Notes: generated by a model not told the origin, from the letters alone. A stretch of DNA of 64,000 nt from Malacoraja senta (GCA_038087875.1 CM075990.1:16122001-16186000); one strand, 5' to 3'. Positions 25,561-38,238 are shown, numbered from the stretch's first letter. Program-made: numbers and translations.

Positions 25561-28396
25561 CTGGAATATTACACTAAACGGCTGAGATGATCCATCACTT
25601 TTTTTGAGATTCCACGCCACTTTCTTCAGCCAGTTTGATTGACCTCACATGCACTTACTTGTTTTTATTCGGTGATGGATGGAACAGACAAGTAGATGGA
25701 GTTAGGAATCGGCTCAGCTGTGAACCCATTAAATGTCAGAACAGGCCAGAGGGATACACTGCCTCCTCAAATCTTCCTATGAGACTCCTGTGCTATCTTA
25801 AGCGTCATTCATCAGTGTAAGTGGATTAATGTCTTATAATGTCAAACGAAGGATTATCAAATTAAGGATTTAAGGATTGCAGAAAGGATTTCCCTGTTAA
25901 TATTGCAGTAGTAATTTTGAGACAATTCTTCTTGAGTGGACATGCATTCCACTGGGATCTTAATGAGAATTATGTTGGGTGGATTAACAAACGGAGTAGG
26001 TGTGTATCAAGCAATTCCGACCAGTGTTGAGGCAGTGGACACACTGGCTGTGATCTGACAGTGGGTGATCAGTGGTCGGCATGGACCACTGATCTGATCT
26101 GACTGGACAGCCTGCAAAAACACCACTTTTCACTGTACACGTGACAATAATAAAGATAAAACCCAAACCCTTGAAGTGGGTTGTGAATTCCCTATCCCAG
26201 ATTTGATAATCTAAGTTGTATCTGCATGTAGCAATTAATAATGTAGGATTGTGTCTTTAAACAAGCTAAAGTACATTTTGGCACGCTATCAACTGCCTGT
26301 TCTCCAGACCGCATTCAAGGCACGGGTCCAGAATCGCATTGTAGAATAATCAGCAGAAGATTGATCGGGCACAGCAGCTGAAAGACTCATCTCCCAACTG
26401 ACAGACGGTTTGGGGGGAAATACACGGCTGGGTTTAGATTCGAAGGCAGAAATAAACGTCATTTTTGTTCAGGCGAGGGGAAAATCCGGTGAATGGAAAT
26501 GGCCAAATCTGTAGAGAAATGAAAGAGATTACTACATAACACCGTCTGAACCATAGTTGGACAAGTTTTTAAAACTGCTGAGAGCTAACTCCACAATATG
26601 GTCCCACTAAGTTTTCTGTGTAGCTGCAACACTCTGAAGAAGGGTCCCCACCTGAAAAGTCACCTATCCATTTTCTCCAGAGATGCTGCCTGACCCGCTG
26701 AGTTACTCCAGCATTTTGTGTCTATTTTTGGTATGAACCAGCATCTGCAGTTCATTTTTATTACATTATTCTCCATACACTGTTTCCTTTCTCTTTACAC
26801 TACCTGTTGCATTTGGGTATTGTTTTGATTGTCATCACATATGGATGTTTTTACCTGGATAACACGCAAAACAATATTTTTCACTGTAGAGAAGGAATGG
26901 GTGATGTTTCGGGTCAAAACACTGATGCAGAAGTTGACTGGGTGAAAGTAAATGGGCGTCTAGCAAGTGGGAGGCTTTATAAAGGGCAGTAGCAAGAGTT
27001 CAACAATAATGCTGCATTGGCACAATTGGCATCTTGATTGGCACAATGTTGGCAACAGGTAACGATTATGAAAAGAAAAGGGATATATTATTGTAGCCAT
27101 GATGTTATGGGTTTATTTGTATTTCAGCATTGAAAGGCGATGTCAGTTCTATGCATTGATGTGCAGCAACATCGTGAAATTTGCCAGGAGATCCAGTGCT
27201 TTTAAGAATAGTCAAGAAAAGTTGAAACTCTTAGAGTCAGAGTCGTACAACGTGGAAGCAAGCCCTTCGGCCCAATCTGCCCACACCAACCTACATGCCC
27301 CATCTGCACTAGACACACCTACCTGCATTTGGCTTATATCCCTCGAAACCTTTCCCATCCATATACCTGCCCAAATGTGTAGGAAGGAACTGCAGATGTT
27401 GGTTTACATTGAAGAAAGACACAAAATGTTGGAGTAACTCAGCGGGACAAGCAGCATCTCTGGAGAAAAAGAATAGATGGCATTTCGGGTTGAAACCTTT
27501 CTTCAGACTGAGAGTCAGTGGGAAACTAGAAGTATAACAAGGTACAAAGAACAAATGAATGAAAGGTATATCAGAGTCGGCTCTTGAGGTATATTTGCAG
27601 ATTTCAACGGTAATTATATTAATTTTGAGCCATTTTACCTTCCCTGCACCTCCATTTGTCATTTCAATAAAAGCAAAATCTGCCATGCATAAATCGGACA
27701 CTGACTTAAAATTACATTTTAAATTAAGCTAATTTAACAATTATTCCATGATATATTTAAGAATGAGAATGATTAGATGTGATTACAGCTGAAAATGTGT
27801 CACAAGAGAAAAGCATTGAATTTGGAGTCTGAATAACTTGATTTTAAAATACCAAAATATATGGATCTGCACAGATTATCTTGGACTTCCCTTTAGTCCA
27901 ACGTCTGCCTCATGCACAGGCTTTCATTGTAGACTCTCCAATCATTACTTTGGACAAAGATTAATTCACAATCAGAGATTGACAGATTCTTGATTAGTAC
28001 GAGTGTCAGGGGTTATGGGGAGAAAGCAGTAGAATGGGGTTGAAAGATAGATCAACCATGATTGAATGGCGGAGTAGACTTGATGGGCCGAATGGCCTAA
28101 TTCTGCTCATATATGAACAATCTTTAAAATTATACCTGTTAATGCCAAAAATAACATGGAAAATGCTGGAAATACATAGCAGGTTAGGCAGCTTTTGTGG
28201 AGAGAGAAAAACAGTTAATGTTTCAGGTCAGGATTGGATGCCTGTCAATGCCAAACTGATTTGTCTTAATTTTAGAGGCTTTCTCATTCGAATCTCTTCG
28301 TTGACCTGACGTTCAGTTGAGCTTTGCAGTTGAACCTTGCAGTATTTATTAAAACAAGCCCAATGACAATGAGGAGTTGATGCTCACCAAATACAT

Positions 28397-28602
28397 ATAC
28401 AAAAAGCTGGAGTAACTCAGCGGGTCAGACAGCATCTCTAGAGAAAAGGAATAGGTGATGTTTCAGGTCGAGTCTGAAGAAGGATCTCAACCCGAAACGT
28501 CACCTATTCCTTTTATCCAGAGATGCTGTCTGACCAGCTGAGTTACTCCAGCTTTTTGTGTCTATCTTCAATTTAAACCAGCATCAGCAGTTCCTTCCAA
28601 CA
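28397..28602. mobile_element. Fold-back (inverted pair) Penelope-derived short repeat; similar pairs near 14751-14960, 16075-16250, 19541-19750, 35195-35402, 42500-42640, 55760-55920
   Basis: aaaagctggagtaactcagc...ggtgatgtttc followed by its reverse complement gaaacgtcacc...gctgagttactccagctttt. Confidence 0.8.
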
Positions 28603-29248
28603 CCTATTGTTTATAGTTTGGTGCAGGAATTGCAATCAAATTGTGAAGCACAGTAATCTGGAGCTTTTCAACAAAGATGGTGTCATACAGCACGGAAACA
28701 GGCCCTACAGCCTACCATGGCCATGGCAACCATCAAGCATCTGGCAATATTCATCCTACTTAACAGCACTCAGTCCAAGCAAAAAAGGTTGGCAAGAAAT
28801 TTGATGGCGGAGTTGGTAGGGTCATTAGTAGGGAGCTGTGTGCATCAGTGGGTCTTCAAGGATTGGGCCTGGGTGCAGGGTAGGTCAGGGAAAGACACAG
28901 ATTTAATGTATTAGCTAAAAAAATATGAGGAGATGTGAGAAACAAAAAGTTCTTGCATTGAGGTGTTCGTTCTTAACTAAATGTTATGCTGGTGTCAGTA
29001 ATACTGAGCATGATTTGTGATGGGACGTGTCAGAACGGTACATGGACGCCTTTGAAAATGTAAAATCAAAGAAAGTCACAAAATGCTGGAGAAATATAGC
29101 GGGACAGGCAGCATCTCCTGAGTTTTACAAAGGTTAATAGAAATAACATTATATTTCATTGTACTTTGGATGACTGGGATTGAACCAATACTCATGAATT
29201 AATGGCTTGTTGAAAGATATAAAATTTTCAGATAATTGAGCATTGAAT

Positions 29249-29526
29249 TAGTTTAGTTTAGAGATACAGGGTGGAAACAGGCCCTTCGGCCCACTGAGTC
29301 CACACTGACCAGCGTCACCCGTACACTAGTTCCACGAGGGATAATTTACAGGAACCAATTAACCTACAAATCTGCATGTCTTTGGAATGTGGGAGGAAAC
29401 TGGAGCAGCCGGGAAACCCCATGCTATCACACGGGGAACGAACAAACTCTGTACAGGCATCACCTGCATTCAGGATCAAACCCGGGTCTAAGGCAGCAAC
29501 TCTACTGCTGCACCACTCTGCCGCCA
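29249..29526 (-). mobile_element. V-SINE copy
   Basis: Reverse complement of SINE head, V-domain and (taaac)n tail. Confidence 0.8.
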
Positions 29527-30885
29527 CGAATGTTTCACTGAATTTGATTCCTCCAGGAAAACCCAAGGTATTTACTTTCCTTACCAACATTATTGCTGCA
29601 CTGGCAGAATGCTGAACTGTACACCTCATACTGAATGGACAGAGTGGCCTGCAGTTTAATTCACCAGCATGACAATATTGTTTCTTTCTTCTCTGGTTCC
29701 CTTGATGACAAACCCCTCTTGCTGGTTATCGCTCCGAAAATGAAGGAAATCTCTGACACCTTCTTCAGACTTGATTCTGTAATAATACTCTAAAACCATT
29801 AAAACACTGATTATGGTCACTTACATAATGCAATGTTTAATTATGTTTTAATTACCTATCTTCACCAACTAAGGAAAAATGAAAGGACCTATTTTTTATT
29901 TTAAAGTACGTTATTTTCTAAAGATTTGAATGCATTGCTCATATGTAGGAAAACGTTTGTTTTACGATGAATCAGATTTGTCCTTTTATCCTTCACGGGA
30001 CAGCTTTGATCTTTGTACAATTAGAGCACGATGTTCTGGTCATATCTCTACCTCATTGTAACACAATAGCTGTGATCAGCAACTGAGCTGAGATCAGCAA
30101 CTGGAGCTCAGACTAGACAGGACAAGGCGAGCTGGGAAATCTTAGGCTGCAGATTACGTTGATTCAGTTCATCGGTACTCCCTTGATTAATGGTATTCTT
30201 GTATCTCCTTAAGTATATAAGCCTGCAAAATACTGCAGTCAAAACAAATTGAGTGGTGCAGTTTGGAAATCAACATGCCAGCTATTTGTAGTTTAGATGG
30301 ACAACTTGCCAATTAGTAGGATTAGGCCACTCGGCCCGTCAAGCCTGTTCTGCCATTCAATGAGACCACGACTGATCTAATAGTACCATATTCCCACCTA
30401 TGTCTGGTAACCTTCTGTCTCTTTGCTTATAAAGGATTTATCTGCCCATGTCATGGTCATAGAGCACCTGAAACATGATCCTCCATCCAACACGACCCAT
30501 GCCGACCAAAATCCCCCATCTATGCTAGTCCCATTGGCCGTGTTTGGCCCATATCCCTCTAAACATTCCTTTCGCATCCACATCTTAAAAAATATTCAAA
30601 GATTAGGCTTTATTCACTCTTTGAGGAAAATAGTTCATGGCCCTCTCAAAGAAAAAGATATTCCCCTCTGTCTCTGTCTCCAATACTTTAAAGCAATGAA
30701 CCTTAAGTTTAGACTCTCCCAAAAGTGGAAACGTCCTCTTCAACCAATCAGGATCATATGTATTTCAAGTAAGTGACTCCAATGCTTCTGAACTCCAGCA
30801 GATGCAAGCCTAGCATGTGTGTTAATGCTGTGTGTGAAGTATAACAATCTAGTATTAATGACTGTCTCTTCCCCTTTCTCAATAG

Positions 30886-31017
30886 GAGCAAGTCGTTCCT
30901 GTTTTCTGCAGTGTACGCTGCTTTGATCTTTGCTGGGCAGTATTACATGAGAGAGAGAAGTAAGTTTGAGCTGCGAAAACCATTAGTGTTGTGGTCTCTG
31001 AGCCTCGCTTTATTCAG
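30886..31017 (+). CDS. elovl6l: ELOVL6-like fatty acid elongase, internal coding exon (first one found in window)
   Basis: Flanked by cccctttctcaatAG and GTgagt; 132 nt; translates (W)[43 protein letters not shown](S), matching the ELOVL6 segment [30 protein letters not shown]; phase joins the next exon. Paralogue name is tentative. Confidence 0.93.
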
Positions 31018-31242
31018 GTGAGTGACCAATGTTTACGTGGCAGTTTCCAATCGCTTGTTCACCTGCCCCTGGAGTGTGATGTGTGAACGTTTGAAATCTT
31101 TTTCCACGGAACTTCCAACCTCGGAAATTCAGAGGGAAATGAGGATGTTGAGGCAAGATCAAACATGAAATTAGAGAGTGAGACCGGGAGTTCATTTATT
31201 TGCCGTTTTATTGGCTCCCTAATTGTGCTTTCATGTAATAGT

Positions 31243-31740
31243 AACTTTATTGTCAATTCAAATAATGCAACAAGTAGTTACACAGAGGATTGACATTGCG
31301 TTTCCCCATACTCCAATGTGCAAGTAATATTTATAACACAGACAGACAATATACCAATAAAGATAGACAATGGACATATACATTATATAAAATATTCATT
31401 AATAAAAGGTGCAATATAGAAAAGTGCAAATAGCATACTGCAGACATTGAGTTCAAGTTAATTTGACAGTCAGTTGCTCTTTGTTTGTGTAATGTTCATG
31501 GAATTTTCTTGAGTGTGTTGAGTAGTCTGATGGCCTGAGGGAAAAAGCTGTTTTTGAATCTTGTGGTTTTGCTCCGCATGCTGCGGTAGCGCTTGCCGGA
31601 TGGTAGGAGGGTGAACAGTTTGTGTGCTGGGTGGGTGGTGTCTTTGATGATGTTGGTTGCTCTCTTGCGACAGCGAGATGGGTATAAGTCTTGGATTGCT
31701 GGTTGGGGTGATCTAGTGATCTTCTCCGCTTTAAAAACTC
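31243..31740 (-). mobile_element. Rex1/Babar-type LINE 3' fragment
   Basis: IQDLYPSRCRKRATNIIKDTTHPAHKLFTLLPSGKRYRSMRSKTTRFKNSFFPQAIRLLN plus gacaataaa tail. Confidence 0.85.
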
Positions 31741-31931
31741 TGAAAGATTCAACTTCATTAACACTGGTTGATATTCTCACTGCTGTCAGTGCTTAGACTA
31801 GCAGCTGCAAACATTTCAGCCAGCACTTAACGGTACAAGCACACAATATCACCGACATTCTTCTTTGACACTTCCACATGGACGCACCACCTTATTGTTG
31901 GGGTTAGAACAGAGAGTCGTTTATTTATTAT

Positions 31932-32227
31932 AGTTTAGTTTAGAGATACAGCGTGGAAACAGGCCCATCGTCCCATCAAGTCTGCACCCCGCACATTAAC
32001 ACTACCCTATACACACTAGGGACGATTTACCATTTATCCAAGCCAATTAACCTACAAACCTGAATGTCTTTGGAGTGTGGGAGGAAACCAGAGCTCCTGG
32101 GGAAAATCCACGCCAGTCATGGGGAGAACATACAAACTCTGTACAGACAGCACCCGTAGTCAGGATCGAACCCGGGTCTCTGGCAGTGTAAGGCAGCAAC
32201 TCTATCGCTGCGCCACCATGCCGCCCT
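31932..32227 (-). mobile_element. V-SINE, near full length
   Basis: Reverse complement of gggcggcatggtggcgcagcgatagagttgc...gggttcgatcc...ctctaaactaaact. Confidence 0.85.
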
Positions 32228-32902
32228 TTAATGGATGAATAATGAATCTGTTTCTGTTGGGCCTGATATAATGAGCAAGTATATAATGCCGAGGCTCTAT
32301 AAAGCACTGGTGAGGCCACATTTGGAAAATTGTGAGCAGTTTTGGATCCCGCATCTGAGAAAGGATGTGCTGGCATTGGAGAGGCTCCAGAGGCGGTTTA
32401 TGAGAATGATCCCGGGGATGAGTGGGTTAATGTATGAGGAGCGTTTAATGGCTCAGGGCCTGTACTTGCTGGAGTTTAGAAGGATGAGGGAGAGATCTCA
32501 CTGAAAACTGCAGAATAAAAGGAGTGGACGTGGAAAGTAATGGGAGAGTCTAGACACTTTTGAGTTTTCTGTGTTACTCCTGTGAGTGAACAGTGCTTGT
32601 CATTATTCCGGCCACCTCAGTTAAAAATGGTGCTGGAGACAAAATGTAGACATTGCACTATTGTTGACATCTCCTGGGTGACCTGGAGGATGGAGAAACA
32701 ACATCGACATTATGGAGTGGGAGTAATGCACCAAGAGGTTTGTGTGGAATTGGCCAACTCCAACTTCCCAAGACTGGAGATGTCAACATTGCACAAATAA
32801 GTATCTATCCTAACTCTGCTTGGGAAAAGTCCCATGGTACTGAAGTTGGGACTCAACTCTTGAGCAGAGTGTGCAGAGATCACCTAAGAGTTTTGCTGAG
32901 AT

Positions 32903-33498
32903 ACATAGATACATAGAAAATAGGTGCAGGAGTAGGCCATTCGGCCCTTCGAGCCTGCACCGCCATTCAATATGATCATGGCTGATCATCCAACTCAGTA
33001 TCCCGTACCTGCCTTCTCTCCATACCCCCTGATCCCTTTAGCCACAAGGGCCACATCTAACTCCCTCTTAAATATAGCCAATGAACTGGCCTCAACTACC
33101 CTCTGTGGCAGAGAGTTCCAGAGATTCACCACTCTCTGTGTGAAAAAGTTTTTTCTCATCTCGGTCTTAAAGGATTTCCCCCTTATCCTTAAGCTTTGAC
33201 CCCTTGTCCTGGACTTCCCCAACATCGGGAACAATCTTCCTGCATCTAGCCTGTCCAACCCTATAAGAATTCTGTAAGTTTCTATAAGATCCCCTCTCAA
33301 TCTCCTAAATTCTAGCGAGTATAAGCCGAGTCTATCCAGTCTTTCTTCATATGAAAGTCCTGACATCCCAGGAATCAGTCTGGTGAACCTTCTCTGCACT
33401 CCCTCTATGGCTATAATGTCCTTCCTCAGATTTGGAGACCAAAACTGTACGCAATACTCCAGGTGTGGTCTCACCAAGACCCTGTACAACTGCAGTAG
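32903..33498 (-). mobile_element. CR1-type LINE 3' fragment with open ORF2 C-terminus
   Basis: LVRPHLEYCVQFWSPNLRKDIIAIEGVQRRFTRLIPGMSGLSYEERLDRLGLYSLEFRRLRGDLIETY...FFTQRVVNLWNSLPQ. Confidence 0.92.
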
Positions 33499-34232
33499 AG
33501 ATGCGATTGCATTCCATGAAACCAGTCAATTCTAATAACTTCTGCTATGGAACTAGAAATTTTCAGGATGAGAGATATTCTATGTGCAGTCCAGTAACTG
33601 TTGAAAAGGTTGTTACTTGTAATAAATATGCTATAAAGAATAAAGGAACTCAAACATTTCTCAAGGAAATTATGGATATGGTGTTAAACACAAATCTTGG
33701 AGAGAAAAATTATCTGTAACACATTGGCATACAGCATTGGAGAGCCAATGTTTCATTAAATCTCCTATGTAATAACTTAATAGTTTATCAAATCTTGCAG
33801 GAAAATAACACTCTCTTGGGTCTCAGGTAACGTGTGAATATGAAGTTAACAATTCAGTCTGACATTTGAACTGGCATTAAGTAATTGGTGTGTAGGCATT
33901 CTCAAGTGATTGTTCCTGCCTCACAATGGATGATAATCACAAACTAATTATACGCTGGACTAGTTTCACATTCCACTTCATTTGGCTGCCTTTATAAATA
34001 TTGCACAAACACATGCAGTTCGCTCTACACTAGCTCTTGATCATCTTCAAGGAATTACCATAGCTGGATTGTCACATGGAATTGATATGATAAAAAATAG
34101 ACAATTTCACCAAAAATAAACTTTTCAATGAAGCAAATGAAAGCACCTGGGAGTGTACTACAGGGAGAGCAGTGGAATAAGATTCAGTGTCAGCACTCAA
34201 ATGAGAATTGGATAAACACTTGAGAGACATTG

Positions 34233-34522
34233 ATGCAGCGGTAGAGTTGCTGCTTTACAGTGCCAGAGACCCAGGTTCGATCCTGACTACAGGTGCTTGT
34301 CTGTAGTTTGTACGTTCTCCCCGCGACCTGCGTGGGTTTTCTGATGGGAGCTCTGGTTTCCTCCCATATTCCAAAGATTTACAGAATTGTAGACTAATTG
34401 GTGTGGTATCATTGTAAATTGGCACCAGTGTGTGTAGGATAGTGTTAGTGTGCGGGGATCGCTGGTCGGCGTAGACTTGGTGGGGCGAAGGGCCTGTTTC
34501 TGTGCTGTATCTCTAAACTAAA
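34233..34522 (+). mobile_element. V-SINE copy
   Basis: gcagcggtagagttgctg...caggttcgatcc...ctctaaactaaact. Confidence 0.8.
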
Positions 34523-36171
34523 CTCGGCAGGGCTGTGTAGAGAAAATGGGGACGTGTGACTAGCTGGGATGCTCTTGTATAGAGCCAGTACGGATTCAAG
34601 GGGTCAAATGGCCTCCCTCTGTGCTGTACCGATTCTGTTTTCTCATGAAGACTGCATGCTTCAGTTGCAATGGATGAGAAACAAGTTACAGAACGTGTTA
34701 CATTTGCAAGAGGTTGCATCTATGTCAGCACTGGAGAGATTCGGCAAATGCTGGCCTGTTATAAAAATAAGCCAAAGATTAACATTTTCAACAGCAAGCA
34801 GCATCATGTAAACAGGAGAGGGCAGAAATGGGATTTGTTGGTTAAGGATTGGCCTTTCCCTTGTCCTGTAGGATATGAGCAACCGAGCGTGATTTTATTG
34901 TCAGCAATGTTGTTGTTTTACTATTACCAATATTAGCATTTTCTCTCTGGCCAATTCCCAATGTAATGTGAATCCCTGTTCAAACACCAGACCTTGTAAA
35001 ATCTCATTACAGTTTGACAGAATGAATTTGTGAGATTAACCTTTCACAACCTAAAGCTGACAATAGCAAATGTTGGCTCCAAGCATCTACAACACATTCA
35101 GACACTGCAAAACAGAACACTTTCAATTGATGGAACTTGGGGTAAATTATCCTCCAACATCCAGTTTTATGTCAAAAAGAAACATGTAATATGGTAGACA
35201 CAAAATGCTGGAGTATCTCAGCAGGACAGGCAGCATCGCTGGATAGAAGGATTGGGTGACGTTTCGGGTCGAGACCCTTATTCCCAACTCAAAGCATCAC
35301 CCATTCCTTCTATCCAGAGATGCTGCCTGTCCCCGCTGAGTTACTCCAGCTTTTTGTGTCTATCTTCGGTTGAAACCAGCATCTACAGTTCCATCCTACA
35401 CAGGTAATACAGATCCTAATGATTGGAAGAGCGTTCTTGATTAGTACGGTTGTCAAAGGTTATGGGGAAAAGGCAGGAGAATGTGGTTGAGAGGGTAAGA
35501 TAGAACAGCCACGATCAAAGGCCAGTGCAGACTCGATGGACCGAATGGCCTAATTCTGCTTCAATGTCTTATGAACATAATTAAATTGTAGTTGGATCTG
35601 GATGGATGGAGCATTTGTGATTTGTTTTCTCTGCGTGTTAATGCAGCTGTTCCACAAAGGTTTTTAGGTTAAGATGCTGCGATCCTAAATATAGTATAGA
35701 AATCCCAGTAGCAAGCCATCTGACACTTTTGTTCCTGTAGCCACGCGGAAAGCAACAGAATATTACTCTGTCCTGATGTAATACAGGGTGACAATGTCTA
35801 GAATGATAAACACATAGTGAAAAACACACTTTGATTTATAAGTGCCAGCTAGAGTCACAGAGTCGAACAGCATCGAAGCAGGTCTTTCAGAACCATGTAT
35901 CCATGCCCACCATCAAGCTCACCTGAAACTTGTATGTCATAGCCTCAGAATTAAAGGACTTCCTTGAGGAAAGAGAGGAGGAGGGATTTATTTAGTCAGA
36001 GGGTGATGAGTCTGTGGAATTCATTGCCACAGAAGACTGTGGAGGCCAAGTCAACGGATGTTTTTAAGGCAGAGCTGGATAAATTCTTGATTGAGGTTAA
36101 GAGGAAAAGATGGATCAGCCATGAGTGAATGGCAGAGTAGATTTGAATGTAATTCTGCTCCTATCATTTAT

Positions 36172-36319
36172 CTTCTTCTACTTCGTCTTCTTTCGTGTGG
36201 CGTGCACATCCTAAAGTTGTTGGACAACATGTTCTATTTGATCTTCCGTTTGTGCACGTCGAGCTGATTGCATTAGTCGAAACAGGGCGGACCAAGTGAA
36301 GGTTGCAATCTTCCACCCC
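36172..36319 (-). mobile_element. 148-bp non-autonomous non-LTR retroposon with (GAA)n-like tail and ribozyme-like 5' end
   Basis: Exact 14-bp target-site duplication ctcctatcatttat at 36158-36171 and 36320-36333; minus-strand 3' end ...CACGCCACACGAAAGAAGACGAAGTAGAAGAAG; inserted in the tail of a CR1 fragment. Confidence 0.85.
36266..36319 (-). ncRNA. Minimal HDV-like (CPEB3-type) self-cleaving ribozyme fold
   Basis: GGGGUGG-AA-GAUUGCA-ACC-UUCACUU-GGU-CCGCCCU-G-UUUCGA-C-UAA-UGCAAUC: P1 7 bp with G1.U wobble, P2 7 bp, P3 3 bp, 7-nt L3, vestigial P4, C-N-A-A junction J4/2. Confidence 0.8.
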
Positions 36320-36908
36320 CTCCTATCATTTATGAATTTACACTAATCCCACACCAATCCCATTTTTATTTTTCCCCACATTCCTGTCAGATTCCCCTAT
36401 ATTTTATTGCTCGCCTGCATACCAGGGGCACACAAGAGGATATTCGGCACGTCTCGAATAACTCTTACCAATCTCTACAGATGCAACACAGAAAGCATCC
36501 TGTCCGGATGCATCATAATTTGGCATGACCGCTCCTTTGCCCAGGACCTCTAAAATTGCGTGGGTTTTCTCTGGGTGCTCCAGTTTCCTCCCACACTCCA
36601 AAGACGTACAGGTTTGTAGGCTAATTGGTTAGGTAAAATTGTAAATTGGCCCTAGTGTGTAGGAAAGTGTTAGTGTGCTGGGGTATCGCTGGTCGGCGCG
36701 GACTCGGTGGGCCGAAGAGCCTGTTTCTGCACTCTATCCCTAAACTAAACATAACTAAATTGCAGCCCCGTCTATCATGCAAAGCAATTTCTACCCCCTT
36801 CCCCCTCCCCATCCATTTACACTTCACTCTGCCTTGGGAAAGTAGCCAACATAATCAAGGACCGTTCACACCACGGTCATTCTTTAAGTTAGTTCAGTTT
36901 TATTTATT

Positions 36909-37325
36909 ACTAGACCAATTGGGTCCCGTCCCCTCAACGCGCGGTTGCGGGGGGAGGGCGCGGCCTGCGGCGTCACACACACACTAACCAAACCCCTCAC
37001 TCACACACACTAACCACCCCCATTATTATTCATTCACTCCTTTTACCCCATCCCCTGCCCTATCCACTCACGTATAGCCCCCAACTCGAAGGCGCGGCTA
37101 TAGAGGGAGGGGGGGGGGTAGAGAGAGAGGGATACAGAGGCACAGAGAGGGATACAGGCACAGAGAGGGACACAGAGGCACAGAGAGGAAGGGGGGCGAG
37201 AGGGAGCGTGAGGGGGGCAGAGAGGGAGGGGGGTGGGGGTCAGAGAGGGAGGGGGTAGAGTTTGAGGGGTGGGGGGGCGCGTTGTCACAGGGGAGGGCTG
37301 GATCACGAATGCAATAATCCCTCGC
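36909..37325 (-). mobile_element. Probable non-autonomous Helitron-like fragment with GA-rich interior
   Basis: Minus strand ends CTAG|T with a nearby GC-rich hairpin (cccctcaac-gcgcg-gttgcgggg); no TIR or TSD seen. Confidence 0.4.
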
Positions 37326-37505
37326 TCCCGACTGCAAAACCTCTTTTCATACCTCTTCAACGTGAATTTTGTATCTGCTTTCACCACAACCCGTGGCAGT
37401 GTGCTTTCAAGAGGACATTGTGGACATCGTCTTGGTAATCTCTTCCCAGGACAGAGCTTGGGTGAGATTGTCTCTTTTGGGCATCAGATAACATACAAGT
37501 GAACG

Positions 37506-38238
37506 ATATGGCCCAGTGGGGGTGAAACATGATTTTTGTCTCTTCCTTCGGGGGAATGCGACTTTTCTTGTCGTATCCCCCTTCTCTGCCTCCGTCTGCG
37601 CTGAGGCCAAAATGGCGGAGCTGCCGGCCTCCAACTCCAACTGCGACCGACCGACCTCGAGGCTCCGGAGGCAGAGCCAGGACTTACCAGCGCGGGGCTG
37701 GCCGGCTTCGGGGCTGCGGTGGCGTTCCGGCGGTGGCGACCGAGGACGCTGGTGGCGACCTGAGTCCGGAGGCTCGGCCGCGGGCCCGGTGGACGACATC
37801 GTCGGGAGCTCGCAGGTCACAGGTGGGTGACCTGTTTTTCTGGGGCTCCCGCAACTACAGCTGCGTCCGCTGGACTGGAGGGCGGCAGCTTCGGCAGCTT
37901 CGGCCACCCCGGGCCGCGGAGTTTGAACCGGCCCGTCGCGGACGGAGCACGGATTCAGCCGCGGGACTGACTTACTTACCATCACCCGGCGGGGTCACAA
38001 CGTCAGAAGCCTGGATCGCCTCAGCGCAGAGGGAGAACAAAGTGGGAAGAGACAGAGACTTTAAGACTTTTGCCTCCATCACAGTGAGGAGGTGCCTGGT
38101 GAACTCACTGTGGTGGATGTTAATTTGTGTTTATTGTGTGTTTTGTTATTTATTATTATATGTATGACTGCAGGCAACGAAATTTCGTTCAGACCGAAAG
38201 GTCTGAAAGACAATAAAGGAATCTAAGTCTAAGTCTAA
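37506..38238 (+). mobile_element. GC/CpG-rich non-autonomous retroelement with LINE-type 3' tail; shorter relatives at about 670-840 and 62861-63025
   Basis: Shared motif ttgcct(t)cc(a/c)tcacagtg; 3' hairpin ttcagacc-gaaa-ggtctgaa, gacaataaa and (tctaag)n tail. Confidence 0.7.

Noticed and set aside
1..30885. Search for the first elongase coding exon (expected FE..F.E..A..WM.ENW then GT)
   Set aside because: No match found by eye; MSVL at about 27140 and VFEKSF at about 23745 hit stop codons and lack the motif. It is probably upstream, but a TBLASTN should confirm.
37407..38167. GC-rich ORFs of 104-212 aa
   Set aside because: They lie in a GC-rich retroelement, are open in several frames because of composition, and show no recognisable domain.
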